A program made the position numbers and the translations under genes. DNA of 55,736 bases, taken from a virus. A model generated the notes under the pieces. That model ran no database searches and was not told where the DNA came from. It saw only the letters and a program-made list of their open reading frames with translations. The stretch lies in IMG/VR virus record IMGVR_UViG_3300047163_000162, positions 1 to 55,736 of that record; one strand, written 5' to 3'. This document shows, piece by piece, positions 36,811 to 44,889 of this stretch (position 1 is the stretch's first letter; the number at the start of each line of letters is the position of its first letter).

Positions 36811-37671
36811 CTAAACAACTTCTCGTGCCGCAGCAAACGTCTCATTTGCTGCAGCAAAGAGTTCTGGTGCAAGTGGCTCTGCTTGTCTTCCGATCCGCAA
36901 GACGCCGTCAAGGGCTGTCAGGAGCAACGGTTCCCATTCGGCGGCGTTGGCGGCGTCGGCGGCGGCGTCGGCGTAGCTGCCGCCAAAGGCGGTGCCGTAG
37001 GCGGTGGCGGCGTAGGCGGCGTTGGCGGCGGCGTCGGCGGCGGCGTTGGCGGCGGCGTCGGCGTAGGCGGCGTTGGCGGCGTTGGCGGCGTCGGCGGCGG
37101 CGTCGGCGTAGGCGTCGTTGGCGTAGGCGTCGGCGTAGGCGGCGTTGGCGGCGGCGTTGGCGGCGGCGTTGGCGGCGTTGGCGGCGTCGGCGGCGGCGTC
37201 GGCGTAGCTGCCGCCAAAGGCGGTGCCGTAGGCGGTGGCGGCGTAGGCGGCGTTGGCGGCGTTGGCGGCGTTTTGCACTTGTGTAAGCAAACTACCCGCT
37301 TCCTGGACTGTCCCCACAAAACTCCGCAACAATTGTGCCTCCTTGTGCCTCTTTGCTTTGTCCAGCCAATACGGTGTAAATACCCGAATAGCTTGCCAAA
37401 CTAGAAACTCTGCCCTCTCCTTCTCGCTGGCAGAATCGACTGTTCCTATTAAGCGAGGAATAAAAACTTTAAGTTTTTGCCGCCCTGCTTGAGTCATACC
37501 ATCATTTGTGGTTCGGCAGAAAGCCGCAATAACCGGGCAAGTGCAGGCTGGATGGTCCCCCATAGTGCCATACTCAAACCAGGAAACGGCGTCCATGAGA
37601 CACGTACCGTCGGCAGGATTATGTCCGTTGCCTTTTTTAAGTTCGAAATTCCAAATGCTGTTGAGGTCCAT
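36811..37671 (-). CDS. Ala/Asn/Asp/Tyr-repeat protein with a Cys/His-containing N-terminal domain (286 aa)
   Basis: ATG at 37671 with GGAG 8 nt upstream (the track's longer start at 37815 is rejected). The N-domain has ..GTCLMDAVSWFEYGTMGDHPACTCPVIAAFCR... About 110 aa of [A]2-3[N/D/Y] units follow, then a short helical tail. Confidence 0.7.
   Translation of the reverse strand: MDLNSIWNFELKKGNGHNPADGTCLMDAVSWFEYGTMGDHPACTCPVIAAFCRTTNDGMTQAGRQKLKVFIPRLIGTVDSASEKERAEFLVWQAIRVFTPYWLDKAKRHKEAQLLRSFVGTVQEAGSLLTQVQNAANAANAAYAATAYGTAFGGSYADAAADAANAANAAANAAANAAYADAYANDAYADAAADAANAANAAYADAAANAAADAAANAAYAATAYGTAFGGSYADAAADAANAAEWEPLLLTALDGVLRIGRQAEPLAPELFAAANETFAAAREVV
36941..37030. repeat. 90-bp perfect direct repeat, copy 1 (inside the Ala-repeat gene)
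   Basis: gcggcgttggcggcgtcggcggcggcgtcggcgtagctgccgccaaaggcggtgccgtaggcggtggcggcgtaggcggcgttggcggcg is identical to 37172-37261. The offset is 231 bp (77 codons). Confidence 0.95.
37172..37261. repeat. 90-bp perfect direct repeat, copy 2
   Basis: Identical to 36941-37030. Both copies encode AANAAYAATAYGTAFGGSYADAAADAANAA. Confidence 0.95.
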
Positions 37672-37768
37672 AGTTGTTCTCCGAGTGGGTTGTGTTGCAG
37701 AGGATTCTAAAACCTTACGGGGCTCCCGTGAAAAAGCGCCCCCGTGGGTTGTATTGTATAGCACAAGG

Positions 37769-37987
37769 TTACTTTTTTGTAAAGTTGGTCGTGTATTTTT
37801 CAAAGCGGTCTCCAACCCTAACTTCCAGTATTGTAATTTCTGTATCTGTCATAAGTAAGTACTCTTTACGTAAGCGAGCAAAACCTTCTTGGATAAGTGT
37901 TTCCATCAATGTACTGTACATAGAGGCTACGTCACAGTTTTCTTTTCCAACAACCGACATTACTCTTACTGGAGCTAAATATTCCAT
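37769..37987 (-). CDS. Hypothetical protein (72 aa)
   Basis: ATG at 37987 overlaps the upstream TGA (TGATG). Confidence 0.45.
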   Translation of the reverse strand: MEYLAPVRVMSVVGKENCDVASMYSTLMETLIQEGFARLRKEYLLMTDTEITILEVRVGDRFEKYTTNFTKK

Positions 37988-38949
37988 CAAACATCTCCTC
38001 TAATTTTCAACGGGTCCCATTGCCTATTGCTAAAGCCGCTCTCTAACCAGCTCTCCCGCACAGTTGGACTCTTGGCACAAACGCTGCGGAAAGGGCAGCC
38101 GTTGTAAAGTCCACAGGACTTGCGGTTCATAGGCCAGTAGTTTTCCTCAGCGTAGTTATAAGCCTCGGAGATTAGCAGGGTGAAGTCCCTGAACCATTCC
38201 TCTCTGTGCTCTGGGGTCCGGTGGACAAAACCCCGCTGGAAGCGGGAGAACGTAACACCGATTTGCGCTGCATCGACAATAACGCCTTTTGTTGGAATTT
38301 TGTAAACAATGTCCGAGGCAAAGTCGTAGAGAGAGAACTGGTGATCCGGGCTGTAGCGGGTGAAGTAGTCTGCGCTTAGCGCCGACGTGGTGGTTTTGTA
38401 ATCGCAGACATAAGGCTGCTCTTGAAACAACCCTAGCCGGTCGATGTGTCCGCACATGTAAAGGGACTCGCCGGTGGGGGCTTCGCCAATCTCGACCCGA
38501 AAGCTCAGCTCTACTGCAGGCTTGCCGTTCGCAAGAACTATGGTCTCAATCGGGTCATCCCGGAAATGCTCGTAGTACCAGATGATGCTGCGGACCAAAG
38601 TCAGTCGATTTTTCTGCGGTAGGTCTGAAAGCCAACCACGCTGTAGATCAGCGTCCCAAGTGGCCTCCAGGCAGTAGCGGACGGCGGTGGCGAGAGCCTC
38701 ATCAAAGTCCGCACCAGCCGCCCGCGCATGGTGGAAAAGCTCATGGGCTTTATGGTAGTGCTGACCAAAGACTAGATGCGTGGATGCGCCACGGGGTTCT
38801 TTGCCTATAATCAACGAGTAGTAGTATTTTCTTGGGCACTCAAGAAAGGCCCCGGAGGAGGTTGAGTCCCAGGCTAATTGGAAATTTGGTAAAATGGCAG
38901 AGAAGGAAGAGTTGTCAGCAGAGCCGATGCCTTGGGTTTGGTTTTGCAT
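37987..38949 (-). CDS. Cas4/RecB-like PD-(D/E)XK exonuclease with Cys cluster (320 aa)
   Basis: GGAG upstream. N-terminal LECPRKYYYS, core CGHIDRL...VCDYKTT, and C-terminal CGLYNGCPFRSVC. This is the 1+3 Cys arrangement of Cas4/AddB-type Fe-S nucleases. Confidence 0.8.
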   Translation of the reverse strand: MQNQTQGIGSADNSSFSAILPNFQLAWDSTSSGAFLECPRKYYYSLIIGKEPRGASTHLVFGQHYHKAHELFHHARAAGADFDEALATAVRYCLEATWDADLQRGWLSDLPQKNRLTLVRSIIWYYEHFRDDPIETIVLANGKPAVELSFRVEIGEAPTGESLYMCGHIDRLGLFQEQPYVCDYKTTTSALSADYFTRYSPDHQFSLYDFASDIVYKIPTKGVIVDAAQIGVTFSRFQRGFVHRTPEHREEWFRDFTLLISEAYNYAEENYWPMNRKSCGLYNGCPFRSVCAKSPTVRESWLESGFSNRQWDPLKIRGDV

Positions 38950-38973
38950 AAAGCAGCTCCGTTAGGAGGAAGA

Positions 38974-39216
38974 TTATAGCCCTAGATCGTCGAGTCTGAC
39001 GTCAAGTTTAACTGCCTTGGGTGGGGCTTTGACTCTAGGCTTTTTCTCTGCTTGGTCCTCAACCACCCATTTTGCCCTAGCTCTGCGCAGTTCCGCTATC
39101 ACTCGCGCTAAGTCCTGGTTGCTTAGCTTTAGCGGATCCCGCGAAAAGACTTCATTCAGAGAGTCAGGCTGGGCCTCAGCGAGCAAAGCCCGCCCTTGGG
39201 CGTAGTCTAGGGTCAT
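38974..39216 (-). CDS. Hypothetical protein (80 aa)
   Basis: ATGA-coupled to the RHH gene. Confidence 0.5.
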   Translation of the reverse strand: MTLDYAQGRALLAEAQPDSLNEVFSRDPLKLSNQDLARVIAELRRARAKWVVEDQAEKKPRVKAPPKAVKLDVRLDDLGL

Positions 39217-39410
39217 AGGTCGAGTTCTCCCAAGGCATTTTCTGCTGCGCCGATGCGGCTTTCCAGCCCAGAAAGGAAACTACGAATAATTGCGCGGATG
39301 GCTTTGCTTGGACGCAAAGTTTTGCCGTAGATGTCGTGCAGCCGTTCCCAATCCCTGGCATAAATCCAAATATGCACTCGGATAACCTCTTCTGTTTCCT
39401 GCTTAGACAT
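39213..39410 (-). CDS. Ribbon-helix-helix-like small DNA-binding protein (65 aa)
   Basis: IRVHIWIYARDWERLHDIYGKTLRPSKAIRAIIRSFL fits a beta-strand/helix/helix RHH layout. Confidence 0.45.
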   Translation of the reverse strand: MSKQETEEVIRVHIWIYARDWERLHDIYGKTLRPSKAIRAIIRSFLSGLESRIGAAENALGELDL

Positions 39411-39642
39411 TACAAGGTTCCTTTGAGGAAAGTTTCACAATCCATATCTCAGTTTGCGGGTTGATAGGGCTGCGGCGGAATTGCAATATGTTTAGCTCGG
39501 AGTCTGCAAGCTCCTTTTTCGTGCGATAGAGGGCTTGCAGACTCTTTGCATAGTCCTCCACTTGACAGGCTATACCGATGGGAGAGCCAAGGGCTTGGTA
39601 TAGCACTGTTGCAAGTGGAGAAATGGGCCTATGCGGCGGCAT
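39403..39642 (-). CDS. Hypothetical protein (79 aa)
   Basis: ATG at 39642 overlaps the upstream gene end by 14 nt. Confidence 0.45.
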   Translation of the reverse strand: MPPHRPISPLATVLYQALGSPIGIACQVEDYAKSLQALYRTKKELADSELNILQFRRSPINPQTEIWIVKLSSKEPCNV

Positions 39643-40222
39643 TGAACTCTAGGGTCGAGTCCTCAAGCGCAGAGATGGCCTCATGGCCGATGGCGGAGAG
39701 GGCTTCCACATGGCGACGCGACGCCTCGCGGATTTCCGGCCGCTTGAGCAAGACCTCCGCAACGAGGGCCTTGAAGTTCTCCGGTTTGATGTTCTTCTTG
39801 GCGATGTTGCGGGCATTGAGAGCAGCTTCGACGATATGCGCAGCCTGCCGATGGGCTTCCTTCTCCACAGGGTCGATATGGGTCTGGCGAGGGGCAGAAC
39901 TCCGCACTTTCTCGAAGGAGTAGGTGGACTCGTATTCTGCCAGTTCCGCGGCGAGCTTCTGCCAGACGTCGTCAGGAACTGTGGCGTTCTCGCCTTTGGC
40001 TTCCTGCACCTTCTTGGCGAAGTTGTTGCGGAGGTTCTCGGCGCGGGTCTGGTTCAAGGCGCGGGCTTCGCCAGGGGTCAGCGCATGGCCTTCGGCGTAG
40101 GGGGATTGGACCGTGAAGGTGAGTCCGGCGATGACCAAGGTCTGGGTCGGAACGGGGGTGGGAGTCGATTCGATGTCCGACTCGTTGGTGGTGTCTGCGT
40201 CGTGGTTCTTGTGCTTAGCCAT
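39629..40222 (-). CDS. Hypothetical protein (197 aa)
   Basis: ATG at 40222 (MAKHKNHD). The track's extension to 40342 runs through the promoter region and is Pro/Arg-rich. Confidence 0.55.
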   Translation of the reverse strand: MAKHKNHDADTTNESDIESTPTPVPTQTLVIAGLTFTVQSPYAEGHALTPGEARALNQTRAENLRNNFAKKVQEAKGENATVPDDVWQKLAAELAEYESTYSFEKVRSSAPRQTHIDPVEKEAHRQAAHIVEAALNARNIAKKNIKPENFKALVAEVLLKRPEIREASRRHVEALSAIGHEAISALEDSTLEFNAAA

Positions 40223-40289
40223 GGTAAGGGGTGTTCTCCGTGATAGGGGTTGGTTCCGCGTAGGCGGGGCGGCGTGATGCCGTGGTGGA

Positions 40290-40318
40290 AGAGTACCGGG
40301 TTTCAGGCGGGGTGTCAA
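40290..40318 (-). promoter_or_regulatory. Candidate sigma70-type promoter
   Basis: On the - strand: TTGACA-ccccgcctgaaacccgg(17)-TACTCT. It is 45 nt downstream of palindromic element copy 3 and about 70 nt upstream of the ATG at 40222. Confidence 0.4.
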
Positions 40319-40363
40319 GTAGGATATGGGCCAAGGGGGCAATAAATGGCGTAATAGGCATGG

Positions 40364-40390
40364 CCCACCTATGGGTCAACCATAGGTGGG
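40364..40390. repeat. 27-bp palindromic element, copy 3 (B/B, perfect)
   Basis: CCCACCTATGG-GTCAA-CCATAGGTGGG has a perfect 11-bp stem. Intergenic. Confidence 0.9.
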
Positions 40391-40422
40391 ATGAGGGGTG
40401 CAGGCCCCGTGCTCTTGTAGCA

Positions 40423-40620
40423 TCAACGCTCCACTGTGAACGAGATTATGGTCTCGTATGGATTACCCTCATCGATACCTACATGAGTGAAGACTGGCTT
40501 GTTTTGGTCCATGAGAGACAAAGATCTGGCAAAGGCAATGCACCATTCTTTGTCTAAGTTTCCGCAGGTTTCCATGACAGGGGTCTTTGATCTCTTACTG
40601 TAGCATCTGACATAGTACAT
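40423..40620 (-). CDS. Hypothetical protein (65 aa)
   Basis: ATG at 40620 with AGAGGAAAC upstream. Confidence 0.45.
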   Translation of the reverse strand: MYYVRCYSKRSKTPVMETCGNLDKEWCIAFARSLSLMDQNKPVFTHVGIDEGNPYETIISFTVER

Positions 40621-40644
40621 AGCTGTGTTTCCTCTGGTCCCAAA

Positions 40645-41862
40645 TTAAAACGGAATTTCGTCACCAATCGGTGCGTGCTGGTCGTATGGCCCGGCGCCCG
40701 GCAGGCTATACCGCTCAAGCGGGCTCAGGCTGAGTTGGGCGGCGGCATTTGCCAGCATGTCAAAAAGGTGGTTCTGAAATCGCCGGGTCATATCGGAGAA
40801 GCCTAAAGCACAATGCAGATGTTCTTCAAGTAGTGTCCCTGTGACTTTGGTCTGGCCCTGAGCAAAGAGGCTGCCCGCCAAGAAAATTTTTCCAGCTTTA
40901 GCTAGACCGAGATACGTTACAGGGAGCTTGTCAGAGAGCAAGATTGGATGCGTAACTTCAACCCCAAGGAAGGAAAGCTGCTCCACCGCAAGGGCAAGCA
41001 TGGAAGACTCTTGCGCCGAAGCTGGGCGGGTTTCTATGGTGCCCTCCTGGACTGCAAGCCCGTCTGCAATGCCTTTAAATTTCGGCGGAAGTTGCTCCCT
41101 CGCCGCTTTCTGTCGCAGGAGCGCCCGGCTGGGGTCGGAGAAGTCTGTGCCCCAAGGGTAGTCATGCTCTGGGGCTAGAGTGGCAGAGAGAATAGTGGAA
41201 AGGAACTTTGGATCAAGCTGGGCCTGGATGGCATGGGCGATGTCGTAGTGTACGGACCATGTGTTGCCTATTGTTCGGTCTTCGGTTAAGGTCAGTCCAC
41301 TGGTAAGGTTGTACGCCCAGCAGGTTTTGCTCTCATCGACCAGGATGCCTTTGTAGTAGATTCCCCGACCGTAGAAGATCTCCACGTTGGAGAACGAGGC
41401 CAGGGGCTGCCCGGCGGGCAGGAAGTATTTCCAGCGGTCGCAGAAGACTTGGGAGATTTCCTGACCAGAGACCTCAATCGTGGTCGAGGTCAAAGTGTCG
41501 CCCTGCGGGCGAAGGTCGTAGACCTTGCCGTGCTCGTCCATGGCGTTGGAGTATAATTCCCGAAAAGCCTGCCACACTTTCCAGTGTTTGCCGAGAGCAG
41601 TTGTGAAGCCGAGGGGCTTGCCGTTGCAAAGCACAAGGTCGTAGGCTACTCCGCGGGTACTTTTGGCCTCGGTGGAGAAGGAGAAGATTTGGCCCCCAGC
41701 GAAGATCGTCACCTTGTGCCCGGTGCGCAGCAGCACCGCTATTGCGTATTTCAGCCCGGTGCCGAATTGGCCGATGGGGCTGGAATTTTCTTTGGCGTTA
41801 ACGCCAAGGGTAAGGGCAGCTTCGAGGTCGATGACACCGGGATTAGAAAAGTAAATTGGCAT
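40645..41862 (-). CDS. Hypothetical protein (405 aa) ending in an SSB-tail-like ...GDEIPF
   Basis: ATG at 41862 with GGAG upstream and a strong promoter at 41894-41922. The extreme C-terminus is PIGDEIPF (compare E. coli SSB ...DDDIPF). No family was securely recognised for the body. Confidence 0.7.
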   Translation of the reverse strand: MPIYFSNPGVIDLEAALTLGVNAKENSSPIGQFGTGLKYAIAVLLRTGHKVTIFAGGQIFSFSTEAKSTRGVAYDLVLCNGKPLGFTTALGKHWKVWQAFRELYSNAMDEHGKVYDLRPQGDTLTSTTIEVSGQEISQVFCDRWKYFLPAGQPLASFSNVEIFYGRGIYYKGILVDESKTCWAYNLTSGLTLTEDRTIGNTWSVHYDIAHAIQAQLDPKFLSTILSATLAPEHDYPWGTDFSDPSRALLRQKAAREQLPPKFKGIADGLAVQEGTIETRPASAQESSMLALAVEQLSFLGVEVTHPILLSDKLPVTYLGLAKAGKIFLAGSLFAQGQTKVTGTLLEEHLHCALGFSDMTRRFQNHLFDMLANAAAQLSLSPLERYSLPGAGPYDQHAPIGDEIPF

Positions 41863-41893
41863 TTAAGGGCTCCGTTTGGTTGATAGTGGGACA

Positions 41894-41922
41894 AGTATAT
41901 GGGATCAGGCGGGGTTTGTCAA
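41894..41922 (-). promoter_or_regulatory. Near-consensus sigma70-type promoter
   Basis: On the - strand: TTGACA-aaccccgcctgatccca(17)-TATACT. It is embedded in the last codons of the helicase gene and lies about 30 nt upstream of the ATG at 41862. Confidence 0.55.
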
Positions 41923-43572
41923 GTTACTCGGCGGGGATAAATCTCCTCGGCGGACTGCCTCGGAACGGGACATAGTCTCTCCATTTATGACAACGACTTC
42001 GTCTTTTTCCTCAAAACCATAGGTATTGGTATCGGCCAAGATTAACGTCTGCATAGTCCTGGTTTCCAAGACGTACTTCAGGTTCATCTCCTGCTGCATG
42101 GGAAGAGGATTGCCGGAGGCTAAGGCACGTTTGGCCTGACGTGAGGGTAAACGCCAAGGGTCAAGATGCACAACCGTTGGCCACTCGAGGCCCTTCGCCC
42201 GATGCGCAGTGGAAAGGACGACTCGAGTATCTTCCCCGGCAAATATGTCTTTCAGGCGTTTGCGCAGCTCCCCGGCAGTATCGCAGCCCTTGCCACGGAG
42301 AACCGAGCCAAGCACTGCCAGAAGGCAGTCCCTGCGGTCTTGCAAGCCAGGAATTTTGCTTTCGTGACCATTTGCTTGGGAAAGGGAAATTTGGCTTGTA
42401 GCCCATTCGTTTATGAGCTGGGCGCACTGCTTGGCAGTAAGGTTGTCCTCTGGTAGGATTTTTTTGCTTAGAGCCTCCAGGTTCTTGCCTATGTCGCGGC
42501 CGAGCATGGAGCAGCCAACTCCGTCGGCTATGAGGCGGAAGGCGGTTTTAAGTAGGGGGGCGTTGTTACGGCATAAGAAAGCGATTTCACCGACGCCTGA
42601 TGCCGCCCGGATTTTGGCTATATCCCAAGGGGTGCCGGGCTTTTCAGGGGTGCCCGTCCACGCCACAACGCGGCCTTGGGGGTTGCTTGGTGCCGCCCTA
42701 AACCCAACGGCATGCTGCCGTTGCCGCCCCACAATCTCTTGCGGACAACGAAAAGTCGTATGAAGAGGAAGGTCGATCCATTCTTTTCGCAAGCCTCGAA
42801 TTAGATGCATGGCATCGCCAGAGGCACCACGAAAGGAATAAATAGCCTGTCGCTCGTCTCCAACAATCACAAGCCGCTCGGTAGCACAGCCACGCAACAT
42901 CTTTACATTGAGAATAGAAAAGTCTTGCGCCTCGTCTGCCATGACAAGAGGGTAGCGGGGAAACTGGCCACCGAAAAGAGCGCTCATGTAGATTTGGTCG
43001 TCGAAAGAGATGCTGCCTTGGAAGGCTTCAGAAATGCTTAGCTCTAGGGCCAGCCGCGCCGCGGCAAGAGTGTCATCGCTATAGTCGTGAAAGTGTTCCT
43101 CAGCGAGATTCACCCAATCGTCGAAGGTGTCAGGAACAAGGCCCTTATGTGGGAAAGAGGAAGGAATCAAACCGGCGTGCATAGCACAGTTGACAAGGGT
43201 TTTTATTTGTCCCCACGTGTTTTCACCGCGAGGTATTTGTAAAGTTTTTATTGATTGGTTGATGAGTCGGCCAAGTTTGCCCTCGTCAAGAGTCAATTTC
43301 TTGCCGATGGCACGGCCCCATGCGACATGGCCTATGCCGTTGAGGGTCTTTACGTCGAAATGCCCAGGCAGACGGCGCTCTAAGGCTTTTTTGATCCGAA
43401 CGTTAAAGGCCAGGGCAAGAGATGGAACCTTTGGTAGCACTTCTGCCAGCATGGTGAGGGTTGTAGTTTTGCCTGTGCCAGCGTAGGCTTGGATCATGAG
43501 GGAGGATTTGGAATTGGCTCCAGCATCTAGGATAGCTTGCTGCTCAGGAGTTGGCGGAAATGTGGGGGGCAT
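41905..43572 (-). CDS. UvrD/Rep-family (SF1) DNA helicase (555 aa)
   Basis: GGAG 6 nt upstream. Walker A AYAGTGKTTTL, LVMADEAQD, and VLSTAHRAKGLEWPTV (motif VI). Confidence 0.9.
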   Translation of the reverse strand: MPPTFPPTPEQQAILDAGANSKSSLMIQAYAGTGKTTTLTMLAEVLPKVPSLALAFNVRIKKALERRLPGHFDVKTLNGIGHVAWGRAIGKKLTLDEGKLGRLINQSIKTLQIPRGENTWGQIKTLVNCAMHAGLIPSSFPHKGLVPDTFDDWVNLAEEHFHDYSDDTLAAARLALELSISEAFQGSISFDDQIYMSALFGGQFPRYPLVMADEAQDFSILNVKMLRGCATERLVIVGDERQAIYSFRGASGDAMHLIRGLRKEWIDLPLHTTFRCPQEIVGRQRQHAVGFRAAPSNPQGRVVAWTGTPEKPGTPWDIAKIRAASGVGEIAFLCRNNAPLLKTAFRLIADGVGCSMLGRDIGKNLEALSKKILPEDNLTAKQCAQLINEWATSQISLSQANGHESKIPGLQDRRDCLLAVLGSVLRGKGCDTAGELRKRLKDIFAGEDTRVVLSTAHRAKGLEWPTVVHLDPWRLPSRQAKRALASGNPLPMQQEMNLKYVLETRTMQTLILADTNTYGFEEKDEVVVINGETMSRSEAVRRGDLSPPSNLTNPA

Positions 43573-44107
43573 CGGAGGCTCCGTTTGGTTGAAGTTGTTT
43601 GGTAAGGGCTTTGGCGACTTCTTTGCCTTTGGAGGTCAAGAAGTAGGTTTTTTGTGCATTTCTGTTGCCAGTGCCATGAGAGTCTATTTCACCTTTTGTC
43701 TTCAAATAAAATAGGCAATCTTGTACTTTTTTGCGCTCGACCTTTAGCCATTCTGCAAGTTTAGTCGAGGTTAAAGTTGTAAATTGTCCTTGTGCATCTG
43801 GGCCAAAGGCGAGGAGAACTCTTTCAGTGATGATTCTTATGGTCGTGCTATAGCCAGAATCCCCCCCATAAGAGTAGTTGTCTTGAGGCCAAGGACATGG
43901 CCACACTGGTGGCACAAGCGCAGAACAAGCAGGCTCTGCCGTTTTCTCTATATCTGGCTCCTTTGTATAGTATAGCAGGCTAAACTGCTCAGGCGTTAGT
44001 GCCGCAACATTTGCTTCTCCGCACACGAGCCATGTTCCTGCTGGAGCAATTAAATCTTCTTTCAAGAAAAAAGCATGTGTTGCTTGGATTTTTGGATAGA
44101 CTTTCAT
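43544..44107 (-). CDS. Hypothetical protein with C-terminal winged-helix-like region (187 aa)
   Basis: AAGGAG 6 nt upstream. LTSTKLAEWLKVERKKVQDCLFYLKTKGEI is wHTH-like. Overlaps the helicase start by 29 nt. Confidence 0.5.
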   Translation of the reverse strand: MKVYPKIQATHAFFLKEDLIAPAGTWLVCGEANVAALTPEQFSLLYYTKEPDIEKTAEPACSALVPPVWPCPWPQDNYSYGGDSGYSTTIRIITERVLLAFGPDAQGQFTTLTSTKLAEWLKVERKKVQDCLFYLKTKGEIDSHGTGNRNAQKTYFLTSKGKEVAKALTKQLQPNGASDAPHISANS

Positions 44108-44140
44108 TGTCGACTCCTTTTAGTGGCAAAAACCTGGGGT

Positions 44141-44554
44141 TTATTCTAGGTAGTCAAACTGGTCTACTTTGCAAGCAGGGTTGCCGTCGGCAAGAAAACA
44201 TAGAGAGGCAGCAGGAAGGTCGATTGAGTCGTCGCTGCCCATAGCCAAGGCAAATACCTTGGCCGTGTCTTTTCTGGCAACATAGCCCAGGTGTCTGGGA
44301 GTGGTTCTCCAGGCCTCGACTTCTTCCTGGTTTCCGAAGTCAGGGCAGTCCCCAGCTCCTTGCAGTTCTTCTTCCTTACTTTGCAGACGTTCGAGCGATA
44401 TGCTGCTGGCGGCGGCCCATACCGCTATGGCGTTTGGGTCGTAGGGATTGCTGGGCTCTGGGCGGAGTTCTAGCTTGGCTCCTGTTGGCATGATGGAAAG
44501 GAGGAGCTTCGCTGGGGGGCGGAAATAGGCGCCGACGAGGGGGACGATAAGCAT
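44141..44554 (-). CDS. Stand-alone HIRAN-domain protein (137 aa)
   Basis: ATG at 44554 with AGGAG upstream. VGAYFRPPAKLLLSIMPTGAKLELRPEPSNPYDPNAIAV matches the HIRAN core (G..yr...L..G..l.L..EP.NpyD.nAi.V). Confidence 0.7.
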   Translation of the reverse strand: MLIVPLVGAYFRPPAKLLLSIMPTGAKLELRPEPSNPYDPNAIAVWAAASSISLERLQSKEEELQGAGDCPDFGNQEEVEAWRTTPRHLGYVARKDTAKVFALAMGSDDSIDLPAASLCFLADGNPACKVDQFDYLE

Positions 44555-44571
44555 GAAAAAACTCCTAGGGT

Positions 44572-44889
44572 TTAGTGGGATAGCACGGATTGGAAAAGAT
44601 TGAGTGCAGGGAATAATGCTTGGTCCAACCCGATTAATAGAAAAACAGCACCAAGCAGTGCCATGATAATGCCCCCGATTACCCACACAAAGCCAATAGC
44701 CTCACTGGCGTAATCCTCGAGCGAATACCGATAAAATCCTTGGATAATGCAAGCAAATCCTGCTGCCATAAGCAAAATAGCAACAATAGACGTATAGATA
44801 CCTTCCTCCCGTTCCGCTGCAACCATAGAAAGCAGCGCAGGTGAAAGAGCATTTTGAAGGGTTTGCATGTCAACTGGGGAAATTGTCAT
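44572..44889 (-). CDS. Membrane protein (105 aa, 2-3 TM)
   Basis: Hydrophobic segments IYTSIVAILLMAAGFACII and FVWVIGGIIMALLGAVFLLIGL. Confidence 0.5.
   Translation of the reverse strand: MTISPVDMQTLQNALSPALLSMVAAEREEGIYTSIVAILLMAAGFACIIQGFYRYSLEDYASEAIGFVWVIGGIIMALLGAVFLLIGLDQALFPALNLFQSVLSH

Noticed and set aside
36935-37275. Pentapeptide-repeat (A[D/N]LXX, Qnr/MfpA-like) interpretation of the Ala-rich array
   Set aside because: The periodicity is 3-4 residues, not 5, and there is no central Leu/Phe position.
36825-37404. Poly-Arg/Trp ORF (36825..37286 +), Gly/Val ORF (36883..37404 +) and Pro/Thr ORF (36918..37319 -)
   Set aside because: These are alternative-frame readings of the GGCGGCGTT/GGCGGCGTC repeat array. 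Only the - strand Ala-rich frame connects to a proper start, an SD and non-repetitive flanking domains.
40645-41862. GHKL (Bergerat-fold) ATPase assignment for the 405-aa protein, based on IGQFGTGLKY and ELYSNAMDE
   Set aside because: The Gly-rich motif precedes the N-box-like motif, the reverse of the GHKL order. No DxGxG box was seen, so the function is left unknown.
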